NCBI RefSeq assembly: GCF_006345805.1
Contig: NC_043006.1
Location: 58,652,001 to 58,716,000 of the forward strand
Length of the DNA stretch: 64,000 nt
Source: Octopus sinensis
Lineage: Eukaryota
Direction of reading: 5' to 3'
Positions 25,201 through 35,964 of the stretch are shown here, one piece after another (position 1 is the stretch's first letter; each line of letters begins with the position of its first letter). Under the pieces are notes generated by a model. It worked only from the letters and a program-made list of their open reading frames with translations. It did not search any database and was not told the DNA's origin. A program made the translations under genes and the position numbers.

Positions 25201-28200
25201 TTGAAATTTTTACCATTAAGACCTGAATAAGTGGAAATCCGAAGGAGCAATATCTGGTGAATATGGAGGGTGAGGTAACACATCCCAGCCAAGCTGCAGC
25301 AATTTTTGTCTGGTTCCTAAAGCATCAAGTGCCGAAAATGAACTTTATCTTCCATTTTAAAGGGTTACAGAATTAACACAGGTTATAGGAACATAAACCT
25401 TCTTCCATGAAAAGATAAGCTTAAACTGTGCTCTAAATGGAGGTGTAGTCAAATTCTATTGTATGGACTCAGCGATGTTCTAAAATAAGTTGAAAAATAA
25501 GCTACTATAAATCGGCACGAACTTTCCAGACAACCCAATAGATTGCCAGACTAAATGCCCACACACCAACATTCCAGTACCTCAGTTCAATCCTGCGATA
25601 ATTCACCACTGCCCAATGCTAACCTATTCTCTTTGTTGCCTAGATTATGTTGCATATTCAAATTTTGTTCTGTAAAGTTGTGCATGTTTATATAGAATTC
25701 ACTAATGCATGGCGTAGGTTTGGCTGTGCGGTTAAGTTTACTCCCCAACTACATGGTTCCATTGCATGGCACATTGGGCAAGTGTTTTTTATTATAACCC
25801 TGGACTGGCCATAATCTTGTGAGTGGATTTGGTCAGTGGAAACTGAAAGCAATCTGTATGTCTTTCTCTCCTTGTCTGTAAAGGAGTTGTAAATGAGTGT
25901 CGCTGTCATGCAAGCAATGATGGAAAAGTAGACATGAAAATAATGATGGTACACCTTTTCACATGGACAACAAAGGCTTCTTCTAATGAAAGCTGGCTCA
26001 AAGTATCTTTTCCTCATTCCCTTCAACTTCGTAAACTCTACATCTCCTTAGTCTCTTCCAATCAACAGCAGTTGTTCGCTTTGTATCTTGTGGACATCAG
26101 TCACCTCTCTCTCTATACACACACATACACATATATCATAGGTGACTCCCAAGTCATCAGCATCACTCAGGCTCATCACAGATTTCACATAAGACTCATG
26201 CCTGCTCAAAGAATTTCACGTTTTTCTGTTTTATTTCTAGCACCAAATGGCTAATTCTTTATCTCAAGCACCATGTCCTTCTCCATTTCTAAGTTAAGGG
26301 TAAAAATAAAGCATTCCTGCAAAACAACCGATCTTTACACACAGACACACAAAATAACAACAGTGGAGTGCGCAACAAACATCAGTGATCTGAATCAGGT
26401 GTGTGTGAATGATGTCGAGAAAACGTCTATTACAAATGATATTTTTTGACACAGGGCACCTCTAAGATGACTACCAGATGCTGAATGAAAATGAGACATT
26501 TCTTATGGTCATTTCTGCTTCCAGTGCCAGTTGTTGCTTACGAAAGAAATTCAAAAATAATATTCACCTTCATAGGACATTCGATCTATTACATGGAGCT
26601 TCATCAGAGTGAATACAATTGCGTAAAATAGAATAAACGAAGGGAAGAGGGAATAGGAAAGGACAGGGCCTTGAGAAGAGGCCAGAAGGCTCAGTATATT
26701 AAAATCATACCATCTTCCAATGTGGAGCTTTGGAGTTGACAGGCTATCAACTTCAAAGCTCAATACTGAAAGGTGGTATGATTTTAATATATTGAGCCTT
26801 CTGGTCTCTTCTCTGGTGCTTTGCATGCGATTTGCTCTGTGTTGTCTCCCATGAAGTAAATTTGAAGGAACTTATGTTGGGTATCCTTATATTGAAAGAT
26901 GGAACCAATCTGGTGGTATGTTTGACCTTGAATCTCGAACGTAGGCATGAAGGTTCTGTGGTTGATGGGCCTGTGTCTGAAGCTGGTCATTTGGAAGGCA
27001 GAATTGTACACCCAAATGTTTCTGATGAAGTGCAATGAATCGTGATGGTCACCAAGTAGTAGAGACTTAAGAGGTTCTGGGGTTGGCTGTATTTCTGGAA
27101 GGCAAACCTTTCCATTTGAGCAGCATAACCGTATGGGTTCTCCTGGCCACTTGGATGCTGCACAGAATGGATAAATAAGACATATGTCCAATGGTAGCAT
27201 CTCAGTGGGATGCATAGTCTTTGGCAGGGTCATAGTGAAGTGCTTTAAAAGCCCACTGATTGACCAATGACTTTGATGTGCCCCTATGCAGAGTCTTCAA
27301 GTTTGCATTGGTTTGAAGTTGCATTGTCCTTTGTTCATTCATTTCTGAAGCCCTTGCAGTGGATATTAAAGCAGCATTCAAAACCTGATTTGTGTGCTGT
27401 GCTGGTGACTCTGCAGCCTGTGCAGCAGCAGTAGTTTTAGCATTGTGCCCTTCGGGCTGTGCATTGTTGTAGTGACTGAAGCCCTTGCAGTAGCTGTAGT
27501 TTCAGCATTACGCTTCCTTCTGGCAGCTGTTGCAGCTGAAGCATTTTTGGTATGATGCTCCAATTGGACAGCCTGTTGTCAAGGTGACTCTGTAGCCCTT
27601 GCAGCTGAGGCATTTTTGACAAGACACACCAATAGGATAGTCCATTGTTGAAGTGACTTGGTGGCAACAGTTGCAGCATGATAGGCTTGGCAGGCCACAA
27701 GCTCTTCAGACTTTGAAACCTTAACAGTTGCAAAATTTGCAGGTACATGTACTGCATGGGCAGTGGCATCAACCTGGGACAGTCTGTGAGACTTCTGGTC
27801 TTGTTTCGTTATCCTGATATCTTCTGGCTTTGATAGCAGCATGAGACAGTCTACCTATGTGAGCTCTCTTTCTCCTTGGTGGCATTGCAGGGTTATCTGC
27901 AAAGTGAAGGTAGAGAGGGGTTAAGTTGAATGCCTGAATGATGTACTATTGTTTGCTGAGTGGGTTCAGAAAATTGTCACAATGGCCTTAGGAAGGGTTG
28001 AGATGTTTGAGCCTTAGGGCATCTACATCAAGGAAGTGTGCTAACATGCAAATATTGGCAGTTTGCAGTGAATAGGCATTGTAAAAACTGTATAATTGTC
28101 ACAACTTGGTATGAGTAAAAGCAGAGAATATTTATAATATCGATTAATTTCTGGAGGCATTTAACAGATAAATAAAAGTTGATTTAAATTGCATTGTTAC

Positions 28201-29065
28201 CCGAAGGAAGTGCTAATGTGCAAATATTGGCAGTGAATGGGCATTGTAAAAACTGTAGTGGAAGACCAAATGAAAGTAGCATAACTATGTCATCAAGAGT
28301 AATGTCCCTTGATGCAACGATCATTGGTATTTATTTACTTATGAGAAGGTGTTTTTGTCCCCTAGGGGTGGCATTACTCATTATGTGGAAAATTTGAAGA
28401 GTCTATGACCATCTAGAATATAAGTGATGTATGTTCAAATTGGCCAGATCTGACATCTCACACCTACCCTAGAATGTCATTTTGAACATAAACAATCACA
28501 AAGTCTGCAAGATAATGCAGGATGAATTCAAAACAAAGTGAATAAATTAGCATTGCATTTGACTGATCTGAATGCTAAAAGGTTTAAAGTGATCTGTATC
28601 AAAACCTTCCTTCAAAATTTGAAGTTGATATACATTCCAAACACCAGCTTAAAAACAAAAAGGTTAATTCACTTCATTCTTTATTATTTTAAAAATTAAT
28701 TAAAACAAAGGCTGTGTATTTTGACTGAAATATGGTAAAAGTTTATCAGTGATCTAAATTAAATCTTCCATCAAAATTTAATGACAATTTATGTTCCAAA
28801 CACCAGCTTAATATAGTTATTTTACTAAACTCATTATTTTCAAATTACATGAAACCGACCAAAACAAAAAAAACAAATGGGTACTGTATTGTACTGTATT
28901 TTTTAATCTTTGTTCTTTTTTGTTTACTTTTTGGTATTCTTGTTTGCCTGTTATTCATGTTCTTTTTTTTCTGATGCAGATTTCAGTGAAGACCAAATGA
29001 TACACATTTTACTTCTTCATGATGATGTAACTCTCCAGTATTTTATGCCTGCTGTATCGGTCTAA
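7907..29065 (+). CDS. HUS1: HUS1 checkpoint clamp component (9-1-1 complex), 8 coding exons, 858 nt, 285 aa
   Basis: join(7907-7958,12499-12626,15799-15975,16639-16746,18344-18418,21292-21391,24758-24889,28980-29065). All introns are GT-AG and the frame is open. Protein [34 protein letters not shown]...[26 protein letters not shown]...VVHDIPV...[13 protein letters not shown]...[17 protein letters not shown] is colinear with the HUS1 family. Confidence 0.95.
8025..8512. mobile_element. Foldback/MITE-like element with ~185-bp terminal inverted repeats, in HUS1 intron 1
   Basis: 8025-8212 (ACACTTGACCCCTATT...) is the reverse complement of 8331-8512 (...AATAGGGGTCAAGTGT), with a ~120-bp spacer. 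No clear TSD. Confidence 0.75.
8535..10741. repeat. Tandem array of ~14 units of ~140-175 bp, in HUS1 intron 1
   Basis: Repeated unit TACAAAGAATCTATTGTAAAAATGGGCAGGTTGTTGCTACAAACTTG...CCCCTTATCCACC...GGACCCTA with modular indels. Confidence 0.92.
10745..11410. mobile_element. Cluster of nested and inverted CpG-rich SINE-like fragments
   Basis: The motif GGTCCCGGTGCGCG...CTAGTCGTGACTAATCGATCC (~10865-10920) recurs as its reverse complement at ~11055-11105 and ~11340-11395, interleaved with GGGTCGATAAATTAAGTACCAGTT SINE sequence. Confidence 0.55.
12499..12626 (+). CDS. HUS1: HUS1 exon 2
   Basis: tttacAG acceptor; [43 protein letters not shown]; donor GTAAAT. Confidence 0.93.
12880..13300 (+). 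mobile_element. Two tandem tRNA-derived SINE copies (GGTGAGCTGGCAGAA family)
   Basis: GAGCTGGCAGAATTGTT...TTCTGAGTTCAAATTCTGCC...CCAGTTGAGCACTGG...GTGCCAAAATTTGAAAC. Another copy lies at ~2800-3020. Confidence 0.7.
14330..15740 (-). mobile_element. Highly degenerate LINE remnant (CR1/Jockey-like)
   Basis: Only weak, broken resemblance to endonuclease and RT C-terminal peptides on the minus strand; no intact motif. Confidence 0.3.
15799..15975 (+). CDS. HUS1: HUS1 exon 3
   Basis: [59 protein letters not shown]; AG/GTAAGT. Confidence 0.95.
16290..16460 (-). mobile_element. tRNA-derived SINE (GTAGTAGAAGACACTTGCCCAAGG family), representative copy
   Basis: Related copies at ~11950-12110(+), 19070-19220(+), 21660-21830(-), 22270-22420(-), 22760-22910(-), 25710-25860(+) and 56150-56300(-), usually ending in (CA/TG)n. 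Confidence 0.7.
16639..16746 (+). CDS. HUS1: HUS1 exon 4
   Basis: [36 protein letters not shown]; AG/GTAAGT. Confidence 0.93.
18344..18418 (+). CDS. HUS1: HUS1 exon 5
   Basis: [25 protein letters not shown]; AG/GTGAGT. Confidence 0.93.
19820..20010. mobile_element. SINE/MITE-like repeat (CTTTTACTTGTTTCAGTCATTTGAC family), representative copy
   Basis: Related copies at ~16100-16280, 21460-21610 and 22020-22210. Confidence 0.6.
20296..21110 (-). mobile_element. Truncated Gypsy LTR retrotransposon: integrase remnant, polypurine tract and 3' LTR
   Basis: LTR 20296-20454 is bounded by TGTTAT...ATAACA. PPT AAAAGGGGAGA directly precedes it on the minus strand. Upstream broken peptide ([15 protein letters not shown]...LWQVGP) resembles a Gypsy integrase core. 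Confidence 0.65.
21292..21391 (+). CDS. HUS1: HUS1 exon 6
   Basis: [33 protein letters not shown]; AG/GTAAGT; phase 1. Confidence 0.93.
24758..24889 (+). CDS. HUS1: HUS1 exon 7
   Basis: [44 protein letters not shown]; AG/GTAAGT; phase 1. Confidence 0.92.
24990..25538 (-). mobile_element. Internally deleted mariner element (549 bp)
   Basis: TIRs TTGGGTTGTC(C/T)GGAAAGTT(T/C)GTGC(T/C)GATTT at both ends; TA TSD at 24988-89 and 25539-40; internal remnant of the mariner [16 protein letters not shown] motif region on the minus strand. Confidence 0.85.
26784..27900 (-). mobile_element. Helitron RepHel N-terminal remnant
   Basis: [23 protein letters not shown]...[10 protein letters not shown]...[15 protein letters not shown]...[10 protein letters not shown], preceded by low-complexity A/T/R-rich repeats. 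Confidence 0.85.
28980..29065 (+). CDS. HUS1: HUS1 exon 8 (terminal coding exon)
   Basis: [28 protein letters not shown]; polypyrimidine tract plus CAG acceptor; stop TAA at 29063-29065. Confidence 0.93.
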
Positions 29066-29649
29066 CTTTTGACTTTTATGGAAACTTACTTTATGGCTAA
29101 TGTGAACAGAGAAAGATTAACAAAGTAGATGTATTTTGATTCATCCATTCAAAGTAAAACAATTTTTTTATTATCATAATTTCACATTTGTCGGAAATGT
29201 ATGGGTTTGTTTTTGTTTTTTTATATAATTACCCATCTGTTATAATTAGTCACTATCATAAAACAGAAGGTATGATGCTGAAAAATACATATCTTTGACT
29301 TGGTTTTAACTTTAAGTTATGACTGTCTCATTTCATTTATATCAATAATGCCTTGGGATAATCATGAACTGCAAAATTCCTATTTTTCTTATCCTTAAAG
29401 GTCTTGCGTTCATATCCTACCTAGGGAGAAGAATATGTAAACATTCTAGTTGATTTTCTCAGAGATACGACAATCATGTTTGGACTGTAATATTTTCACT
29501 GCAATGTGTCAGTCACAACATGTCATTATCATTTTTCAAGATGTGACAGCCATGTCAGATTATGTCCATACCTTCTCTGAAATGTGACAGTCATAAGTTA
29601 TATCTGCATCTTCATTAAGATATAACAAAACCATGTGTTATATATATAT

Positions 29650-29692
<43 letters not shown>

Positions 29693-30249
29693 GAGTTAAG
29701 ACACATCAAATTATATCTGTATTCTCATTGTTATATGACAGTCATTCTATGTCTGGTCTGAAACCTTTATTTTTGGTTAAATAGTTATAAAACCTTTTCA
29801 TTTCAACTTTTTTCAGGGATGCTAATTCATGGTTAAAAATTTGTGTGATATGTCAAATTTTATTTTGTCAATACAAAAATTATATTTATAAAAGGAAACT
29901 TTTTTAAAGACATTTGTCAATAATTAAACTTGGCAACACATTCAGGTCAAACAGCACCCTATTAGGAGACATAAAAAAAATACAAAACAGCTTCAAAGAA
30001 AAATTAGAATATATGTACTAGCCCTTTTATGAAGAGAGCATGTATTTCATTATTCAATATTGTGTTAGATGAGTATGAATGAATAAGAAAGGTAATCTTG
30101 AAATGTTGAGTGTTTATTCCTTCATAATATTTGCATGGTAGTTCAGACACAATGAAAACATGAGTTCTGTAGGGTTGTTGTTTCTCCTTCATCTTAGTAA
30201 TTAAGCTTAGCCCATCATTGGTTATATGACTTCTTTGTATGCTGATTCT

Positions 30250-30730
30250 TCTCCGAGGGGTCTTATTTTAAATAAGGGATTGAAGTTTGTTGGGTACTGC
30301 AAGTGTCTCACATGAAAATATTGTTTCAGTGTTATAAATCATGTTCTTGTCATAACATAGGAAACGTACTGGTCTCTGAAAGGTTCATGATTACTCCAAT
30401 AATTTGTAATTCTGGGTAATTTTCTTATGCCTGTAATAATATTTATGGCCCAAAATTCCCATATTTCTTTTATGCTTGTGGTAAACTGCAAGCTATCTTT
30501 ATTTTACAGTTTTACTTTATATGTAACACTTGATCAAATGTTACATTTTTAGCAGATGTCTAGAGATGTCAGAAATAAGTCTTGTAACTACGACCTCTAA
30601 CGAATTGTACTGCTTGTCAGCTTTGTATGGCCCATCTGGCTGTGTTCCAGCATATGTCCATGTTACATACATAGAAAGTTTTTGCATCACATGATGCATG
30701 TATTTTGATTCCACATTTGTTGCAACTTCA
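30250..30730 (-). mobile_element. Possible GIY-YIG (Penelope-like) remnant
   Basis: Broken minus-strand peptide starting CNKCGIKIH; heavily decayed. Confidence 0.3.
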
Positions 30731-30879
30731 TTTGAAGGAACTCTTTGCTGGTGTTACTTTTGTTGAGTGTGCTTTTCTTTGGTGGTAAGTTCCTGTTTCT
30801 CTTCCCTTTGCTTCATCCCCTTTCACAGTATTTGTCTCCAGCATGGGCAATCGTTTTCGACCTCCTCTTGTTTCAGGAT

Positions 30880-31430
30880 GTCCTGTCTGGCATGTGATGT
30901 ATATGACCAAGCCAGCGCAGACAGTGCTGCTGGAACATCACAATGTAGGGGTGTTCCGTTGGACATCTTGCAAGGAAAGAGAAGTGATGGCAGTGCAGTA
31001 GGCCCTGATCTCATTTGTTTGTTGAGCTGCAGCCATAGCCTCATAATCCAGACACTTCATTGAAGCTATGTAAGTGTCAGAGTTAATAGGTGCCTTGGAG
31101 AGTGCATTGGCGACTGGGTTGCTTTTTCCTGTTATGTGCTGAATGTAGTGTACTCACAAATGGCCAATAACTGCCGCTGCCGATGTGCAGACCAGACCAT
31201 GGTTCCAGCAGCTTGCTGGTAGTGAATGGTTTGTGGTCTGATTAGGATGTCTAGTACACTTGTGTCTTCATCCAGTATTGTTTTTACGTAGGAATACTTT
31301 GTCAGGTCCGAGGTGATATTCCCATTGTTGAACTGTTATGTGAACCATATCTCAGCCTGCTTTGACCAGAATTGTGGTATTCTTGCTTGCCATGCTTGCA
31401 TGTTTACTATTTCGGGTCACCACTTGTAGC
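30880..31430 (-). mobile_element. Internally deleted Gypsy remnant (gag N-terminus, RNase H end, integrase linker)
   Basis: RIPQFWSKQAEIWF...ITSDLTKYSY (gag) and HYIQHITGKSNPVANALS (RNase H end, cf. H.PGK.N.VADALSR). Confidence 0.65.
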
Positions 31431-31449
31431 TTTTGTTAAGCTATATATA

Positions 31450-32490
31450 AAAATAACCACACATGAGTGTGTCGAAGTGTCATTTATTCCACTTCATTCA
31501 TCTACACTGTAAGGGAGAGTATGATTGGATGAAAAGCAACCCCACACATGAATGGTTTCTGGATGCTTGATTGCGAACACAATACAGGCCTCATCATAGA
31601 GTTCACCTTGTCACTTTCTGATGAGCCTTCTTCCAGATATCTCAAACAATTGAAATGGTGCTTCACCAGAAAAAAAAAAATCACTTTGTCCCATTGTTCA
31701 CTACACCAATTTTTATATCTTCTGCAAAGGGCGAGCCTGTCCTTCACGTTTCTCATGGACAAACTGGTTTTCATGCAGTACTCCATGAAGTGAGACCATT
31801 GTTAAAACATTGTTGTCTAACAGTCTGAGCCGAAGTGCTGACACTGGCTGATTCCCACACTTTAGCAAGCTGTTTGCTGCTGGCACTTCAATTCCTCATT
31901 GAATTTCTCACCAAAGCCTTGTCTTGGTGGTCAGAGGACAGACATTGATGACTAGGGGCCTTCTTCACAGTTTAGGATCCTATCTCTTCGAAAGTTTTTA
32001 CAATCCTGTACATAGTTCTTTCAGGTGCAATGCCTTTAGCAACAATATCCTGTGTTGTTAGGCCATTTTGAAAGAAATTATTGACTGACATTTTTCTTGT
32101 GCCAAAACCATTCTTGCAATAAAAGAAAATACAATTTGAAGTTTTTGTGAGGAGAAAAAAGCATTCATTAATTAAAAATCAATCATAAAAGGTTCACAAC
32201 TTCATACTTAACTTACTGTTCTGGTTATTAAGTATTTGTTTGCATGTGATTCCAACCTGAAATCATGAAGGGGAATGTGATTTCCACTTGTAGGAAATCT
32301 AACCAATTCTGCAAACTAATGATCATTTGCAATATCTATTGGTTTTTCAATAGTTTTTCTTTCAATTCTTATTGGATTACAGATAACCTGTTAAAATAAT
32401 ATTAAATCATTAATATTCACATTTCATATGAAAAAGCAAAAAAAAAAAAAAAAAAGTGTTCGCCAAAATCATTGGCCATTGCCCTATATA
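31450..32490 (-). mobile_element. Tc1-like transposase remnant
   Basis: Broken peptides RTMYRIVKTFEEIGS (HTH) and FFSGEAPFQLF...GELYDEAC...IKHPETIHVWGCFSS (Tc1 DDE region). Confidence 0.75.
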
Positions 32491-34559
32491 TACATATATA
32501 GGAAAATGTGTTGTTGAAAATGCATTTAAATTTCAAAAGCTCGTAAATGTTTAAAATAGATCTATTTACATATATACCATACTAGTTTCAACAATATTTT
32601 TTGTTTATCAATGGTAAAAATGTAAAATTAGAAAAACATCGTTATAAGTTTCAATGTTGACAGATCAAAATGTTTCAATGTTGATAAATTATCATGTTCA
32701 AAACAGAAGGTGTAAGTTTGAAATTAAAGCTGTATATTAATTTGATAGAATGTACAAGGTTCATTAATTTCAGTGGTGGCCGACAAGTCATACTGAAAAA
32801 AACAAGTGTGAGAATTAAAATAGTAAAAAAAAAGAATTTGGTTTACGGTTTCTCAGATCTTCTTTAAACATTCGCTTTCGCTTATAATGGTATGTTTAGG
32901 GAAAGATTTATTTATAAACTTTTTTCAGCGAGCGGATCTGATTTTGATTCGTTAAAAAATTGATGTTTTTCTTCCGTGGTCAAGCTTGTTCTTCTGCTTG
33001 GTTGGTTTCCTTGCGGGTACGGTTATAGGTCGTTCCGGTTGGTTGGTTCTCTTAAAGGGTCTTTTCGTTGTATTTGCGGAAGTTTGGTTTTGATTAGTTT
33101 GGAATTATGTGACGTCAGCAACTGGTGTTTGTGGAATTTCATTGCACTGAAGGTGGGTAACGTCAGCATCTTGTTTGTGTGGTGATTTGGAGCTGCGGTT
33201 TCGAAACCTAGGTGGAAGATTGTTACTAAAATTTTATTGTTTTTTATTGTATTGAAATTGGATGTTTTTTTTCTCTTTATACTGCTTTTTCTTCTTTCTA
33301 AAGGATATTTAGCTGTGGTTTATTTTTTTTAATCAGTATGTTTTCCTTGTTTAAATGGAATTGGGTTGAAGTGTCACCAGTGCATTGATAGAGAGGGAAG
33401 ATTTGGTATTTAGGGTTTTTGTCTGCGGGGCATTGATCTAGGTGCTAGCTAACAAATTTTTCTAGTGGTGGGGTCCCGGATTTGTTGTCTGTGCACCGTA
33501 AGTCTATATATATGTATATATATATTAAGTATATGATTTAACTTATTAAACACAGTTTAACAAATTCATTCATATTTATGTAAATGGAGATTAGATATTA
33601 AAATGGATAATAAACCAACATTAGATATGTAAACGCAAACAGTATCCATCCACATATTATAGTAAACCTTAGTACAAACATAGAAGAATAAATGGTGATC
33701 TTTTGTTACAAGAACACTACAAACCATGTGTGTTTATTTACATTTGTGAAGATGATTGTCGATTTCTGTAAAAAATTATTTTTTTACATATGGGGTTGGG
33801 GAGAAATGGGATCTTTTGATGTTGGCGTGAATCTGAAGACTTGATGTGTGTGCGTGTGTGTGAGATTTTAATTTTTTTTACATATGGGGTTAGGGGGAAA
33901 TGGGATCTTTTGATTTTGGCGTGAATTGGAAGATTTGATGTGCATGTGTGTGTGTTTGATGGGGTGTGTAATGCATGCATGCATATATGTAAGGCTTCAG
34001 TGACACACGCACGCTGGTTGTTATGTATGTATGTATGGCTGTTTCAGTGTTTACATTATTTCGAGTTAAAACGAAAGATTGCCTGTTTATGTAACGGTCT
34101 GCTATGTAGAAAATAATGAGGTTGATTCGATGGAATAACAACAATGGTTGAAGTTATAGACAATATTTCTTTTTATTTAACCGTTATTTGTGCCTTCTCG
34201 ACTGCTACTGTGTAGCCTTAAATTTCTACTTGTCCTGTTTTCATCATTATGGCATCATGCAAGGGACTGATAGAGAGTAATGTCTGTTGATGTAACGATG
34301 GTGATATGGTAAGAGGAAGACGGGAGAGTTATAAAGTGAGGAGGAGATATCCTTCTCATGAGAAAAGAGTTGCATGCAAAGGAAAAAAAAAAGTTGAGAG
34401 TCTATAGATGTGCACAGAAACTGGGTGCAAGCATGCATGTATGCATGTGTAATCATTGTGTTGTGCAGCAAAAGGAATGAACAGTACAAAATGAGTAATG
34501 AAAAGTGACAAAACCTGATTGGTAAAACTGTCCTGTGTGAAAAGTCTATGCTGAAAAGT

Positions 34560-35150
34560 GAGAAAAGGTTAGTTCTCTTGGTTGGGTAGCTGTCCTATAT
34601 GTTGCATTTATGTATGGCAACTGTTTCCCTCGTGGATCTGTGCATCAGGTTGCAGTACATTGTCTGCCACGTGGAAATGTAATTGGTGTGTGTCCATTGA
34701 GTTGGTGACTTCATTCCTTTCATGTTGTGTCGTGTAACGATGGAACTGAAAACTATGCGTCGTGAAAGTTCGTGTCCTGTAATTCTTGTTGATGCGACTG
34801 GCATGGACTGTAATTGTTTTCAAGAGTTCATGCGATGCTAAAGCAGTAAGTCTTTGAAGTCGAGCTCACCAAATGTAATGGATAAGGTAACGAAGATTGC
34901 AATTCTGTGGCTCGGGGGTCAGCAATTGTGGCAGGGTTGTTGTGTTCGAATCACGTTGTGGGTAACCAGTTGTATCGTTGTATCGTTGTGGTTGATGTAT
35001 TCTAATAATGTCGGTCTGTCACCAATTGTCGTAGCCATCAAGCTGTGTACCATGTGGCGTGTAATGACAAAATCTTTGCTTGCTGATTGTAGTCGACAGC
35101 GAGATGTGTTCTGTTCTGTCATTCTGTCAGTAGAGAGAAAGAGTAGGTAA
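34560..35150 (-). other. Unidentified decayed ORF inside a probable interspersed repeat
   Basis: ~190 codons with a few stops (MTEQNTSRCRLQ...RINKNYRTRTFTTHSFQFHRYTTQHERNEV...), composition unlike the flanks; no family recognised. Confidence 0.3.
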
Positions 35151-35964
35151 TGCCCGATGCTGACAATAGAGAATGTGAAGGTGGCATTGTCACTTCTTCA
35201 TTTTGGCCGACTGTAGAAAAAGAGGTATATCACTGTGACACCTATTGTTTTCGTGTGGTGTCTGTGTAGACGCGGAAAAATTTTAAGTCAAACGGAAAAC
35301 ACATCAATTGACTTAGCAAAGCCATGCGATGAAAGTAACTCAAAGAACAATGCACTACATATGTACAAGTAGATAGAGCTCGTTCTAACCATTTCTCTTA
35401 TTTCTGTAAAATGAATTGTGGAAGCAAATTTCAGAGAAGAAAATGGAAATATTGTACGTGGTAGCAAATTGTTTCATGTTTGATTTTTTTTTTTTTTCAA
35501 TCTGGTTCAGACTTTCGATGTAATGAATACCAATTAAAAAGCCATTACAAAAAATAGACAAATAAAAAATAAAATATTAGACCAAATTTTGCTTGCACGG
35601 GTTATTTCCATGTGTAGAAGACAATTTTGTAAAGGTATTTTAAAATTCTGAAAATCAGTTACAAGATCCGAAAGGCGCATGGAGAAAAGAAAGAAATGCA
35701 AATTACTAAGATACAAAAAAAGAAATGAATAATAAATATAAAATTATACAGATTCCCATGAATTTGAGGCTAAATTAAACTACAGAACACATTTTATGAA
35801 CTTCATAAAGCACATTTTTGAAATCATACGGGATAATACTGTCTAATACATTTTATGAAGGTCTTAAAAGTATTACTGCTGTTGTAACGTCACCAACAAA
35901 TTTCATGCAAATATGTTGAAAACAAATTATCGAACGTTCCATGCATTCTCTGATAATTTGATTT

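Noticed and set aside
28030-28260. Short ~60-bp direct duplication
   Set aside because: Ordinary local duplication in intron 7 with no further structure.
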